From Malacoraja senta (lineage: Eukaryota), in assembly GCA_038087875.1 (NCBI GenBank), contig CM075991.1, positions 5,704,001 through 5,768,000 of the forward strand: a stretch of 64,000 nucleotides of DNA. The letters run 5' to 3'. The position numbers and the translations under genes are program-made. Below the pieces are notes generated by a model, which saw only the letters and a program-made list of their open reading frames with translations, did no database searches and was not told the DNA's origin. Below, piece after piece: positions 22,613 through 37,187 of the stretch; the stretch's first letter is position 1; each line of letters opens with the position of its first letter.

Positions 22613-25600
22613 TACTTCGCAGTCACGTGAGTGACTACGTGAAGAACCCGCCAGCCCGCAGGCGCGTATTACGTCTAACGCATGGCGCAGCGACTAAGTT
22701 TAAAGACCTCCAGGTAAGTTCTCGAACTTAGCTTGCGGTTGTTTATCTTCGTTCTTATTACAGGTTAAGAACGAACAACTATGGACAAGGCGGGGGTGAA
22801 GTCCAGACGGGCCGCGAGAAAAACTGCTACGGAAGACCGCGGCAGTGCGATTAGCGGGCGGCCGTCGGTTTCACCATCACGGTCACTGACAGCACAGCCA
22901 GCGATTTCGGACGCGGTGCCCGTAGAAAGCACCTTGGCTACCCAGAGAGTTGGCAAGTCAAAAAATAGTCCGACAGACCGGTTGACTCGCACGAGCCCAG
23001 TCGGGAGGGTTCGCCTCCTTCAGCAGGGAACGTCCTCGGACATCTTTCCCGTATGGAGCATCTAATGGAGGAGATGCTCCAATATGATATACTCTTTGGA
23101 CGGGATTCATGTCAGCGCGGGTCTCTAGCGCCCGCGGCTGCGCCTGGTGCAGGGCTGCATTGTATCTCCCTATCTAAGGAAGGGAGTGTAGGTCATCAGT
23201 CCTGGGTTGGCTCACACTACAGTGGTATGTCGAGGGAACGCTACAAGACACAAGATCTGCGTGAAGCAGAGATACCCACTATGGTGTCGACATTTGCATT
23301 GCCGGCGCAAATCGACGAGCCACTGGACGAATAACTAGCGGCCTGCATCAATTACCTGGCTTCTCACCAGCTACGGGAAGAGGTAATGATGGAGACGGCC
23401 ACGAAATACCACACACCCAGCAACCGCGCTTCGCTAAGAGTTCTGGCCGTAAATAGCTCCATTTGTAGTTACATGGGTGGAGGCATAAAGATTCAGGAGG
23501 TTAAACTCCAAAGGATCCTGAGCCTTCTGGCATCCGGGGTCAAGGCCTTCGCCAGGTCAATGGACGGGAGCTCCCTGTCTGAGGTTCAACCGGACGCATT
23601 GGCACTGATGTGCAATGCACATTTTCAGATAAATTGCTTTTGCAAGAATGCCATTCGTCCTGTCCTCAATCCCAAGTTTGCTGGTTTATGCAGGTCGAGC
23701 AATGTGCAGCCGGCCAATTATTTATTTGGGGAAGACCTGTCCAAACAAGTCAAGGACCTGTAATCTACCAGCAACAGATGGTCTACAGGAGCCAGTACCA
23801 GCTCAAGGACCGAAAGAACCAGCCAAAGGTCTTTTATAGGACAAGGTTCAGGCCGGCCGACATCGATGATGCGCAGTTGGCGCACTCCAGTACCCTTACC
23901 CCTCAAACATCGAGGGCGGATATAAACATCGCAGATCCATCAATATCCATGGAGGTAGGTGGGTCTGGTTCTCTATGGAACATGCGGTGTGTGGGTCAAT
24001 CACAAGTTGGTGGGAGATTACGTTTCTTTTTGAATGAATGGCGTTCGATAACATCGGATATGTTCATACTGCACAGTATAGATGATTTCCAAATTGAATT
24101 TTCTGATTCACTTCCACCCACACAGCATACTCCAAACCGTACTTTGGTCCTTCACAACAAGACGGTTTGGATGTACAAATTGAAATTCAATCATTATATC
24201 CAAAAGTGTAATTGAGAAGTCGAATCATGAATCTCACCAATTTGTGTCCAATATATTTACAAAACAAAAGAAAGATGGGGGATGCCGAGTCATCCTGGAC
24301 TTGACCCGACTCAGCACCTTTGTGCAGTACAGACATTATAAAATGGAAAATGTTGTTACTGCCAAACAATTGATTTCCAAAGGACGTTATATGGCATGCA
24401 TCGATCTTAAAGATGCATACTATTCGGTGCCTATTCATAAGGATCACCGGAAATACTTAAAATTCAACTGGATGGGGCAGCTTCGGCAGTTTAAAGCATT
24501 GCCTAATAGGTTAACTTCAGCTCCCAGATTATTCACGAAATTATTAAAACCAGTTCTTGCTTTTTTAAGAGCTCAAAAACACATAGTAATGGCGTACTTG
24601 GACGATATCCTTATTATAGGCAAGACTCTGGAATTGTTTTTTTCAGCGGTCTGAGCCACCAAGCTCTTATTTGAGCGATTGGGATTTCTCATCCATCCAG
24701 TTAAATCCAAGTTGACACCATCCAAAGTTATGGAATATTTGGGATTCACTATTAACTCTGTTCATATGTCTGCAACTCTGCCTTGAAGCAAGATATTGGA
24801 GTTAATAGAGTGCTGTAATTACCTCTTAACGAAGCAGCAGCCTTCCATCCGACAAGTGGCCAGTTTAATTGGAAAATTAAATAATTGTATAAGGGGTAAG
24901 AGTGTTGTAAAAACAAGCCTGAAGGCGTTGTGTCTCAATGCAAGGAGTATTTGTAATAAGGTGGATGATTTGAATGTGCTGATAGATATTAATGACTATG
25001 ATATAGTTGGGATCACGGAGACATGGCTCCAGGGTAACCAAGGCTGGGAGCTGAACATCCAGGGATATTCAATATTCAGGAGGGATAGACAGATAGGAAA
25101 AGGAGGTGGGGTAGCATTGATGGTTAGAGAGCAGATTTACGCAATAGAAAGGAAGAACATTAGCTTGGAGGATGTGGAATCGATATGGGTAGAGCTGCGA
25201 AACACTAAGGGGCAGAAAATGCTAGTGGGAGTTGTGTACAGGCCACCTAACGGTAGTAGTGGAGTTGGGGATGGCATCAAACAGGAAATTAGAAATGCGT
25301 GCAACAAAGGTAAAACAGTTATAACGGGTGACTTAAATCTACATATAGATTGGGTGAATCAAATTGGCAAGGGTGATGAGAAAGAGGATTTCTTGGAATG
25401 TATGCGGGATAGTTTTCTAATCCAACATGTAGTGGAACCAACGAGAGAGCAGGCTATTCTAGATTGGGTATTGAGTAATGAGGAAGGGTTAGTTAGCAGT
25501 CTTGTTGTGCGTGGCCCCTTGGGCAAGAGTGACCACAATATGGTTGAGTTCTTCATTAGGATGGAGAGTGATATTGTTAATACAGAAACAAGGGTCCTGA

Positions 25601-28549
25601 ACTTAAAGAAAGGTAACTCTGAGTGTATGAGAAGTGAGTTGGCCAAGATAGACTGGCAATTGATTCTTAATGGGTTGACGGTAGATATGCAATGAAAGGC
25701 ATTTAAAGACCGTATGGATGACCTAAACAATTGTTCATCCCAGTTTGGCAAAAAAATAAATCTGGGAAGGTAGTGCATCCATGGATAACAAGGGAAATCA
25801 GGGATAGTTTCAAAACAAAAGATGAAGCGTACAAATTAGCCAGAAAAAGCAGCCTTCCTGAGGACGGGGAGAAATTCAGAGTCCAGCAGAGGAGGAGAAA
25901 TGGCTTAGTTAGGAAAGGGAAAATAGGTTATGAAAGAAAACTGGCAGGGAACATAAAAACTGACTGCAAAAGCGTTTATAGATATGTGAAGAGAAAAAGA
26001 TTAGTTATAACAAATGTAGGTCCCTTGCAGTTAGAAACAGGTGAATTGATCATGGGGAACAAGGACATGGCAGACCAATTGAATAACTACTTTGGTTCTG
26101 TCTTCACTAAGGAAGACATAAATAATCTGCCGGAAATAGCAGGTGACCGGTGGTCAAATGAGATGGAGGAACTGAGTGAAATCCAGGTTAGCCAAGAAGT
26201 GGTGTTAGGGAAATTGAATGGATTAAAGGCCGATAAATCCCCAGGGCCGGATAGGCTGCATCCCAGAGTAGTTAAGGAAGTAGCCCCAGAAATAGTGGAT
26301 GCATTAGTGATAATTTTTCAAAACTCTTTAGATTCTGGAGTAGTTCCTGAGGATTGGAGGGATAGTTAATGTAACCCCACTTTTTTAAAAGGGAGAGAGA
26401 AAACGGGGAATTACAGACCAGTTAGTCTAACGTCGGTAGTGGGGAAACTGCTAGAATCAGTTATTAAAGATTGGGTAGCAGCACATTTGGAAAGTGGTGA
26501 AATCATTGGACAAAGTCAGCATGGATATATGAAAGGTAAATCATGTCTGACGAACCTTATAGAATTTTTCGAGGATGTAACTAGTAGAAAGGATAAGGGA
26601 GAACCAGTGGATGTGATATATCTGGACTTTCAGAAGGCTTTCCACAAGGTCCCACATAAGAGATTAGTATACAAAGTTAAAGCACACGGTATTGGGGGTT
26701 CAGTATTGATGTGGGTAGAGACTTGGCTGGCAGACAGGAAGCAAAGAGTAGGAGTAAACGGGTCCTTTTCACAATGGCAGGCAGTGACTAGTAGGGTACC
26801 GCAAGGCTCCGTGCTGGGACGCCAGCTATTTACGATATATATTAATGATTTGGACGAGGGAATTGAATGCAACATCTCCAAGTTTGCGTATGACACGAAG
26901 CTGGGGGGCAGTGTTAGCTGTGAGAAGGATGCTCGGAGGCTGCAAGGTGACTTGGATAGGCTTGGTGAGTGGGCAAATGCATGGCAGATGCAGTATAATG
27001 TGGATAAATGTGAGGTTATCCACTTTGGTGGCAAAAACTGGAAAGTAGACTATTATCTGAATGGTGGCCGATTAGGAAACGGGGAGATGCAACGAGACCT
27101 AGGTGTCATGGTACACAAGTCATTAAAAGTAGGCATGCAGGTGCAGCAGGCAGTGAAGAAGGCGAATGGTATGTTAGCATTCATAGCAAAAGGATTTGAG
27201 TATAGGAGCAGGGAGGTTCTACTGCAGTTGCACAGGGTCTTGTTGAGACCACATCTGGAATATTGCGTACAGTTTTGGTCTCCTAATCTGAGGAAAGATA
27301 TTCTTGACATAGAGAGAGTACAGAGAAGGTTCACCAGACTAATTCCTGGGATGTCAGGACTTTCATATGAAGAAAGACTGGATAGACTCGGTTTGTACTC
27401 GCTAGAATTTAGAAGATTAAGGGGCGATCTTATAGAAACGTACAACATTTTTAAGGGGTTGGACAGGCTAGATGCAGGAAGATTGTTCCCGATGTTGGGG
27501 AAGTCCAGAACAAGGGGTCACAGTTTAAGGATAAGGGGGAAATCTTTTAGAACCGAGATGAGGAAAACATTTTTCACACAGAGAGTGGTGAATCTCTGGA
27601 ATTCTCTGCCACAGAAGATAGTTGAGGCCAGTTCATTCGCTATATTTAAGAGGGAGTACGGTGTGGCCCTTGTGGCTAAAGGGACCAGGGGGTATGGAGA
27701 GAAAGCAGGTACAGGATACTGAGTTGGATGATCAGCCATGATCATATCGAATGGCGGTGCAGGCTCGAAGGGCCGAATGGCCTACTCCTGCACATATTTT
27801 CTATGTTTCTATGTTTCTAAATTAGTGGCTGCTTTCCCAGCTGTACAATTTGGACCTTTGTATTATCAACAATTACAATGAGCAATGGTGCAGGCACTCA
27901 AACATCATTTAGGTCACTTTGACAGGCCCATGCAATTGACGGCTGAAGCCATTTCTGAATTACAGTGGTAGAAGTCCAATATTCAGCATTGCTCTAGCAA
28001 TATTTCGGTTGATAGTCGACCAGTTATTTTACAAACGGATGCCAGTGCTCTGGGATGGGGCGCTACTGACACCATCTCTAGCTGCGGTGGCAGATGGAAC
28101 ATGCATGAGCTATCATTATTTCAGTTACATGGTGTTAATTATTTGGAGTTACTGGCAGCTCTCTGTGGATTGAGGGCTTATTGCGGGTATATGCACATCT
28201 GCATGTTCGATTACAGATTGATAACACCACAGCGGTGGCATACATAAATCACATGGGTGGAATCAAGTCAGTATCCTGTGATAAATTGGCTAACCGCATT
28301 TGGCACTGGTGCATTGCAAGATATATTTGGGTTTCAGCTACCCACCTGCCAGGTAGGTTTAATACGGTGGCGGACAGTAGGTCATGCAAATTCAATGACA
28401 ACACCGAATGGATGTTGAATCATAGAGTGTTTAAGGATATTATTTCTAAATATGGAACACAGGATATAACTTTGTTTGCATCCAGGCTAAATCATCCGTT
28501 ACTGAAGTATGTTGCATGGGAACCAGACCCAGGGGCTGTAGCGGTAGAT
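22613..28549 (+). mobile_element. DIRS-type retrotransposon (gag, RT, RNaseH, start of methyltransferase-like domain; tyrosine recombinase missing), interrupted by CR1
   Basis: VGGRLRFFLNEW, KKDGGCRVILDL, IDLKDAYYSVPI, TSAPRLFTK, AYLDDILI, TDASALGWG, NYLELLAA, DNTTAVAYINHMGG, LFASRLN. Confidence 0.92.
24880..27818 (+). mobile_element. CR1 LINE (nearly complete ORF2 + 3' tail) nested in DIRS RT
   Basis: ORFs 24796-27722 carry APE and RT motifs; (TTTCTATG)n tail; AAATTA TSD at 24874-24879 and 27819-27824; excision restores DIRS VASLIGKL|VAAFP. Confidence 0.95.
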
Positions 28550-29663
28550 GCAATCCAAACCACTTTTGTCTCATCTGCAAACTTTCTAATCTTGCCATGT
28601 ACATTCTCATACTGTAATGTATATACATGCGAAACAGAAATGGGCCAAGCATAGCACTCTGAGGCACACCACGGGCCTCCAGTCCGAGAAACAACCTTCC
28701 ACTATTACCCTCTGTTTCCTTCCATGAAGCCAATTGTCTATACATCCGGTTATTTTTCCTTGAATCCCATGCGATCTAACCTTCCAAAGCAGCTTATCAT
28801 GTGGAACTTTATCAAATGTTTTGCTGAAGTCCAAATACACTGTATACAACATCTGCAGCTCTGCCCTCGTCAACATTTTTGGTCGCATCTTAAAATATGA
28901 ATATTTCCTATCCTGTGTAACCTATCCCTCAGAATGCTCTCTAGTAACTTTGCAACTGCAGATGTTAAGTTCACTGGCATGTAGTTCCCAGAATTTTCCA
29001 TCTTTCCTTTCTTGAGAGCTAAACTCCCCACGTGATTTCTTTTAACAGCCGCTCCGTATTCCTCACAAGTGATTCCAATATCTGCTTGGATGTGTTGATA
29101 TCATTGGAAGTCAGGAAATGCATCCATTGGTTAATTAGCATCGTCAGTGACTGTTGATCCTACGAATAATAACTTCCGAGTGGCAAGATGGTGGCGTGAA
29201 TCATTCCTTTCAAGGAAGACGTATGTCGAACGTTACTTCCCAAACTAAGATCCTTATTGCTTGATTTGACTAAATCACACTGTGCAACTAATGTTATTAA
29301 TGTTACATATTTGAAGTTCATTGTTCAGGTTAGAAATAATATTGTTCGCAGGAATAATTACATTTAAGAAACCTTTAACCTTGTGTCATAGAAATAGAGT
29401 TTTCAACATTCCCTTTTATAAAATGTGACAAAAACATTAAAATTAACAGTTCGTGTAATCCCTCGAAGACAGAAATTCCTTGCGCAATGGAAAAAAACAG
29501 TTACGGTTGATGTTTGTTAAGTGGGCTGAGGGTGATGTGCCAGAGGTCACGCTAATTGTCTCAGAGTAATGTCCTCTTTTGTATAAATCTGTGCTAAATC
29601 AATCACCACTACAGATGGACAGTTGGAAAGTTATGTGTGATTGTTCGCTGCTTCACATGGAAG

Positions 29664-31623
29664 ATGGAATATCCAGCAATTTACTGCATAGCCGCCACTT
29701 TCTACCCTGTACTTGTGGCGGTCAGTATTCCTGGTAAGATACTGGGACCAGTACGTTTAGTTTTGTACAGAAAAACTGCGCGGAAAGAGGCCCTTCGATC
29801 AACCGAGTCCGCGCCAACCAGCAATCCCCGCACACTGACGGCACACGCTACGGACAATTTTCAATTGTACCAACCCAATCAGCCTACAAACCTGTGCATC
29901 TTTGGAGTGTGGGCGGATACCGGAGATCCCGGAGAAAACCCAATAAGATCGCGGGGAGAATGTACAAACTCCGTGCAGGATCAAACCCGGGTGGTTGGCG
30001 CTGTCAGGCAGCACATTTAATGCTGCGCACCGTGCCGTACTGCGTGCAGTTCTCCTTCCTTTCTGTATCTGCTGCTCTGAAGAATAGTCGCTTTGATACC
30101 CAGCCCACATGCTACCTCAGCTGACGAGTGTCTTCGGAAGGTTCAGGCTTCAGAGTCTGTTTTATTTCTGGCATTTTTTTCTTGTTAATGTGTGGTTCTT
30201 TTGTCAATCAGGTCAGTTAATTTAGAGCTTATGTTTACATTTTTTCAGCATGTAACCGTATTCATATTGTTTCTGGCGCATATTCTTCAAGCTCTGGGTC
30301 TGATTAATACAGACTTTTCCACCAAGAGTCAGCGAATGAGACATGTATACATGTCTGTCAACATGCCTGTTGAATTATCACAACTAGCTGAAAAACCTTC
30401 CGGGTTTTCGTTCTCTGATTCATTTGCCAGTTTTGATTTTAGGGCTGTGTTTCCACTTGCTAGGTCTGATATGCCTGAGGAGGCAGTTCTCCCTGAGTTT
30501 AATGCTCTGTGATACGAGTTCATTTCGATTGACGCAACGACTCGAAATGACTGAGGTGATCAGTGCATCGTAGACATTAGGAGGCCGGCTGTAAATTGCT
30601 GCAAATTACCGACACATCTGCCCCTTCGATCAGCACCGCTCTAAGTATTTCTCCGAACGGAAATTTAGTAAACTGGATCAGGTTTTTGCTCATTGAAACT
30701 AACGTTTTATTTTGTTTCTTGCAGTTAATTTAACGGCGATTGTGATCCTCTCCCGGGGAAAATATGGTCTCTCCAAATGCATCACCCGTTACCAAGTGGG
30801 AATGGCAACAGCGGATCTAATGGTAGTTGTCATTGTTGCTGCCATTGAACAAGTTAATAACATATACGTTTACGCTAGTTCCTTGCTCATTACACCGGTT
30901 TGCGCTCTGACACTAATACTAAGGGTTGTAACAATCGACTGTTCCATTTGGTTCACCGTCAGTTTCACTTGCGATCGTTTTATGGCGATCTGTTGTCAAA
31001 AGCCACGTGAGCGCTACAGCACCGAGAGAGCAGCGTGTGTGATTATGGTGACTGTGGCTGTCGTCAGCTGCGCCCGATCGTTTCCCTTTTACTTTGCCGT
31101 GGAGCCTTCTGTCATAATTGACAATGTGCCTTGGCGTTGCGTCTTCTCAGAGGAGTACGCCACTTTGTCGGTATGGAAAGGTTATGATTTACTTGACAGC
31201 ATCTTAGCACCGTTGTTACTTATCGGTTTAATCCTGTTGTTCAATGGGTTAACTTCCAGACATATCATAGCGGCCAATAGAGTTCGCAGACGACTTCGGA
31301 ACAGCCATGAGAACCAGAAGGATACAGAGGTGGAGAACCGGAGGAAATCGATGATTTTGTTCTTCGCTGTAGCAGGCAATTTCATATTATTTTCGATACC
31401 CAATGTGGTTCATTCTCTGACATGGTAAACACGTAATTTCTTTTACACGGATAGATATTTGAGCAGCTCGGTATATATCCTGCAGCAGTTTGGATTTATG
31501 TTGCAGATTGTCAGTATGTGCACAAACACGTGTATCTATACACTAACACAGAGGAAATTCAGGGACCAGCTGAAGAGTGGAGTGAAATATCTACTCACAT
31601 TGAATGGCCAATTATGCAGTTGA
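29664..31623 (+). pseudogene. GPR139-like GPCR copy G2, nonsense pseudogene (exons 29664-29733 + 30725-31623)
   Basis: Same exon lengths and splice sites as G1, but CAA>TAA at 31426-31428 after TM6; the frame continues to the normal TGA at 31621-31623. Also L>Q in TM2, L>P in ICL2 and an out-of-frame upstream ATG at 29657. Confidence 0.88.
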
Positions 31624-31847
31624 CGTGTAACTCTGATAGCAACTTGGATGAAATTTCAAATAAATGTATTTTACAATTCGTACCTTCGGTAAAATACCAT
31701 AAAGTCAATGCAGGCGTGCGCTTGACAACCGAGAATCGGTATACTCACGTCACGATATTGGTCACGTTTGGAAAGTGTGGACACATTCTACGTGTTGCAG
31801 TTGTGATGTTGCATTGGTGGAATTATATTCCAAACCACTGGATCTTT

Positions 31848-34800
31848 CTTAAATATTTTATTTTATTAGAAGTAAGTACAGTCATATGGCACCAAAGTGC
31901 CTAATATATATTTGCATAATACATTTTATGTACATCTTCTTATTTTTTAAAATTATAATAAAGAAGAACAAGAAAAAGAAATTAGATAATATAGAATAGA
32001 AAAACGTGAGATATATAGTGTCTGAAAAAGAATAAAATGAAAATGCAAGAAGAAAGTTGAAGAAAAGAGATTAGGAAAAAGAGAGTAAAAAATACAAATA
32101 AAAAAGAAATAAGGAGATCATTATTTATAATCTTGACCATCCCTCACCCAGTCCTGAAACAGTTCGTTTCTACAATTATGTTGCACCATATGATTCCAAA
32201 AAGACGACAAATGGAGACCAACTCGTTAAGAATTGGTCTGATTTTTCTATTAGGAGGAATCGCATTTCTTCAAGATGTGCGGTGTCCAACATGCTTGCGA
32301 TCCACATTTTAAGCATTGGTATTGGTGTATATTTCCAAAATTTAAGTATTCGTTATTTTGCTATTATTAAACCATAATTAAAAAATAAATGTTGAGATAA
32401 GTTCAATTTATTCCCATCTTCCATTACTCCAAATATAATCATTTCAGTATTAGGTTCCATTCTTATTGTGAATAATTTTGCAAATATATCAAAAAATCAC
32501 TCCAAAATCTATAAAGTTTTATGCAGGAAACAAAAGCGTATGTTATAGTTGCGTTTTGAGATAGACATTTATCACAAATGGGGGATATATTTGGATGGAA
32601 TTTGTTCAAACTTGTTTTTGAATAATATAATCTATGTAAAATTTTAAATTGAATTAGATTATGTCTTGCATTAATCGAACATTTGTGTATATATATCAAA
32701 TACTTATCCCATGTAACCTTCGTAATTTTTATCATTAATTCCCGTTCCCACTCTTCTCTAAGTACCTTTGTCGATGGTAAATCTATATTTAAAATACTAT
32801 TATATAAATATGATATTAATTTTTGTGAGTCAGCTTTAATATTCATTGCTTCTTCCAATAAGTCAGAAGTTACTTTTTGATATCCTTGTATGTATTTCTT
32901 CATGAAATCGCAAATCTGAAGATATTTAAAATATTGGTTATTTTTCAATTAAAATTTTAATTGTAATTGTTGGAATGATAATAGATTTCCCATTTCATAC
33001 ATATCCCCGGTCCTTTTAATTCCTAAACTTTCCCATTGGTTATATATTTTATCAATAAGAGATGGTTTAAATATAGTGTTTTTCGCTATAGGCGTTAACA
33101 ATTATAAATTTCTTAATTTTAAGGATAATTTTATGTGTTTCCAAATTCTTATTGTATCGTGTATAATTGGGTTCTTCTTATATATTGTGTTGTTCAGTTT
33201 TTTCGGAGAGAAGAGGATCGTTCCTATATTACAAGGAAAACAATCCTCTTTCGCTATTGTTATCCATTCTGTCTGTTGGGTAGAACTGTCCAACCAATAA
33301 ATTATATTCTTAATATGCGCTGCCCAATAATAATACAAAAAATTCGGGAGTGAGTATCCCCCGACATCTTTTGGTTTACATAAATGTTTGTTTTAAATTC
33401 TATGTGATCTATAATCCCAAATAAAATTGGTAATATTAGAGTCAAATTTTTTAAAGAAGTATTTTGGTATATATAATGGTATAGACTGAAATAGGTATAA
33501 TAATTGTGGTAGAAAGATCATTTTTATAGCATTTATTCTACCTATTAATGATAAAGAAAGTGTTTTCCAAAATTTAATCAACATATTGAGTTTATTAGTA
33601 AAGGTATAAAATTAGCGTTGAATATTGCTTTATATTTTCTCGTAATTTGAATACCCAAATATTTATTTTTTTCTGTTGCAATTTTAAAGGGGAACTTCAG
33701 TAAAATTCCTCTATTAAATTTAATAAATTTGGTATGCTCGTTTGTGACTTTGTAACATATAAAAGTATATCATCTGCATATAATGAAATTTTATTATTTG
33801 AGTCCCTAGTGTTGTAGCCATGAATATTCGGATGAATTCTTATACTTTCAGCCAAAGGCTCTATCATAAGGGCAAATGGCAGGGGTGATAACGCACATCC
33901 CTGCGTACTGCCCATTGATAATTGAAAATTTTAAGATAACATATTATTAGTTAATATTCTTGCCATCGGGTTATCATATAATAGTTTTAACCGTGTAATA
34001 AAATTCTCTCCCATATTAATTTTTTGCAGTACTTTATATGAGTACTTCCACTCTACCTGATCAAATGCTGTCTCTGCCACCAGAGAAATAATTGATATAT
34101 CTTCTTCCTCCCTTTTATGCGAGTACATTATGTTAAACAGGCGTCTCAAATTATTAAATAAGTATCTTTTCTGTATTAACCCCGTTTGATCAGGATTTAT
34201 CAGTTTACTAATATATTTGCCTAATCTTCTTGCTAAAGTCTTCTCTAAAATTTTCTGGTCTGTATTTAAAAGTGATATAGCTCTTTATGAGCCCGGATCG
34301 TCTAAATCTTTATCTTTTTTGGAATAAGCGTAATAGTTGATTCTACTAATGTTTCAGGTAGTTTATTTTCTTTAAAAGCATGAGTATATAAATGAAATAA
34401 ATAAGGAGTCGTTATCTCATGAATTTTTTAAATAAAATTCATTACTAAAACCACCTGGTCCCAATCTTTTACCATTTTACAGCGATTTTATTGTTTCACC
34501 TATTTATTCAATTGCAATTTGAGCTCCAAGTTCCTCTTGTTCCAAAAGGACAAGTTTTGGAAGATTACAGTTATGAAAAAAAAATTGTTTTACTATCTTC
34601 TATTTTAGATTTAGATGCATATACATTTTTGATAAAATTGAGCAAATCTATTGATAATATCTTTAGGTAGTATTAATAATTCACCTTTCTATGATTTAAT
34701 TTTAGTTATAGTATTTTCCTTTTCTTGTTTTTTCAATTGACGAGCTAAAAGCTTATGTGGTTTGTCACCAAACTCAAAATGTTCCTGTTGTGTAATTTGG

Positions 34801-36890
34801 AATAGTCTTATTACTCTTGCTGATAAAATTCGATTAAGTTTAAATTTCAGTAACATTATCTTATTATGTTTATCTGTAGTGGAATCTTTGGCATTATCTA
34901 ACTCTAACTGTCTAATTTCTTGTTCTAACAGCATTTGTTCTGTCTTATTCTTTATATTTTGAAAAATTTGATATGAAATTATAATTCCTCTAATAAATGC
35001 CTTTAAAGTTTCCCATAATTAAGAAGGCGAAGGACCTGGTGTATCATTTGTCGCCAAAAAAAAAATAATTTGTTGTTTTAAGTATTGATAACCTTGTAAG
35101 TCATTTAAAATATGTGTATTAAACCTCCAAAAAAAGATTTTACACGACATTCCCTCAAATTTTACTGAAAATGTCAACGGAGAGTGATCAGAAATACTAC
35201 TATTGTGGTATATTGGATTAATTGTATATGGCATTCATTTCATATCCACTAAAAAGTAATCAATTCTTGAATAAGTTTATGTACCGAAGAGTAAAACGAG
35301 TATTCCCTTCCTACTGGATTAGCAGATCTCCATACATCTGTTATATTAGTATTTTTTATATATGTATTTAGAAGTTCACTAGTCTTAGATTTTAAATTAC
35401 TCCTCCTTTGTTTTACTGATTTGTCTAAGTATGGATCTAACACACAGTTGAAGTCACCCCTATTATCACATTTTGGTAATTAAACTCTAATATGATATCT
35501 ATAATTTTACCAAAAAAATTGGGGGTTGTCAAAATTCGGAGCGTAAATATTTATCATAGTTAGTGGGGTTGCATAAATTTCTCCCGAATCTATAATATAC
35601 CTTCCCTCTTTATCTGATATAGTATTCTTTAATTTGAAAGGTATACCTTTTCGAATATGAATAGCCGTACCTCTAGATGTGGAAGTAAATGACGAATAGT
35701 ATGTTTGACCTATCCACTTCGCCTTTAATCTCATTTGTGTTTGTTGTTTCATGTGGGTTTCCTGTAAAAACATTATGTCGCTTTTCAAAGATTTTAGTTG
35801 AGCAAAAATGTTACCCCTCTTTATTGGTTCATTGGCACCCGTTAAATTCCAACTACAGAATGTGATTCCTCCATTCTTTATTTGTCTATCGTCTTGCATT
35901 ATATATCAAAATAGTATTCCTGAATCATATGGTGCAAGCAAATACCTCAGAGTTATGGGTGTTGGGTGGTCATCCCAAGTTTTTAGATTTATATTACATC
36001 TCCTTCTTGAAAAGTACCTTAATAAAAGAGAGAAAAAATGTGATATAAAGTTGAATACAAACAAAATAAGCAAATACAAGTCTTTCTAGTGATTTAAAAA
36101 AAATAGTGATGTTAAGGTATCTAACAAAAGATACCTTAAAGGCAAGTAGCCACCTAAGGTGGCGAAACATTTATGGACTTCCGTTGATGTTGTTTTACAT
36201 TGAGCTCCAATCCCTTAATAAAACCTCATAAAAAGCTACAGACCGTTTCATATCTTATTTATTCTTATTTAATTTTATCAAACTGGCACCAGTGAAAACC
36301 GAAAACATTCAGAAAAATATATTTTAAAGAATATATATATATATATAAATATAAGTATATATGCCTTTCCAATTTATCTAACCTTAATCTAGTCTAAACT
36401 TTACCATAAATGTCCACCCAAGATTCTTACGTAATTCTTACCCATCCTTTAACTGCCATATAAGCAGGTACCAAGGGGTTAAACAAAACCTAATTCCTGG
36501 ATCTTTTCCAGGTTTATGCTGCGCCTAACTCCTTCCCACACCAGAAAAGTAGGTTAGTAATGTTATAAACATTTTGCTTGGTTACTATTTATAAGCATAT
36601 ATAATTTATAAGTATATATCATTAATATTAATTCATTTCCCTTTTTGAATATATAAAATCATAATTATATACACTCCCATTATCTCCTTCCCCGTCTCAT
36701 GGTTTATTCATGATTTGTTCATTTTACTACATACATTCACGAGTAATTAGTATTATTAAATTTGTTAAAATAATTGGTTAATTATAATTAGAATATAATG
36801 GTTAGATATTTTCTTAAATCAACAGTTTTTATATTCCAATTAGTATTATCTCGTTCCATGTCCATTATACATTCCCTCATTACTTCTGTA
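31848..36890 (-). mobile_element. Decayed L1 (L1-A): ORF2 from 35899, inter-ORF region, 3'UTR; ORF1 absent
   Basis: CSWNLTGANEPIKR, LQETH, SDHSP, QGCALSP, LYADDILL, many frameshifts; A-rich tail at the G2 3' flank. Confidence 0.93.
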
Positions 36891-37187
36891 TCTTCAACGT
36901 CAATTCAACGTCAACGTCAATCTTCAATGAGATGTTTTTTGTAGCCTCTTCCTGACCCTCCAATTGAACTTGAACTAACTTATCAATGGACTTATCAAAA
37001 CTTATCAAAAGACTTGGAATCTGATGAAGAATATTCAGATGAAGATCAGATGTAATGTAAACAAATAAATTGGGGAAATAAATGATTATATAAAGTTTTA
37101 TTTTAATGTCGATGGTTTCACTGTTTATTTGGTCAAATTATTTAAACACTTGTGATCATGACGTGCTGGTGAATGACAGTGCGACAG

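Noticed and set aside
24796..25695. DIRS-RT/CR1-endonuclease hybrid ORF
   Set aside because: Explained by the CR1 insertion with TSD; no ATG start and flanked by stops.
31426..31428. Programmed stop read-through in G2
   Set aside because: A TAA from a simple C>T change plus other damaging substitutions and an upstream out-of-frame ATG favour pseudogenisation; a sequencing error cannot be excluded without reads.
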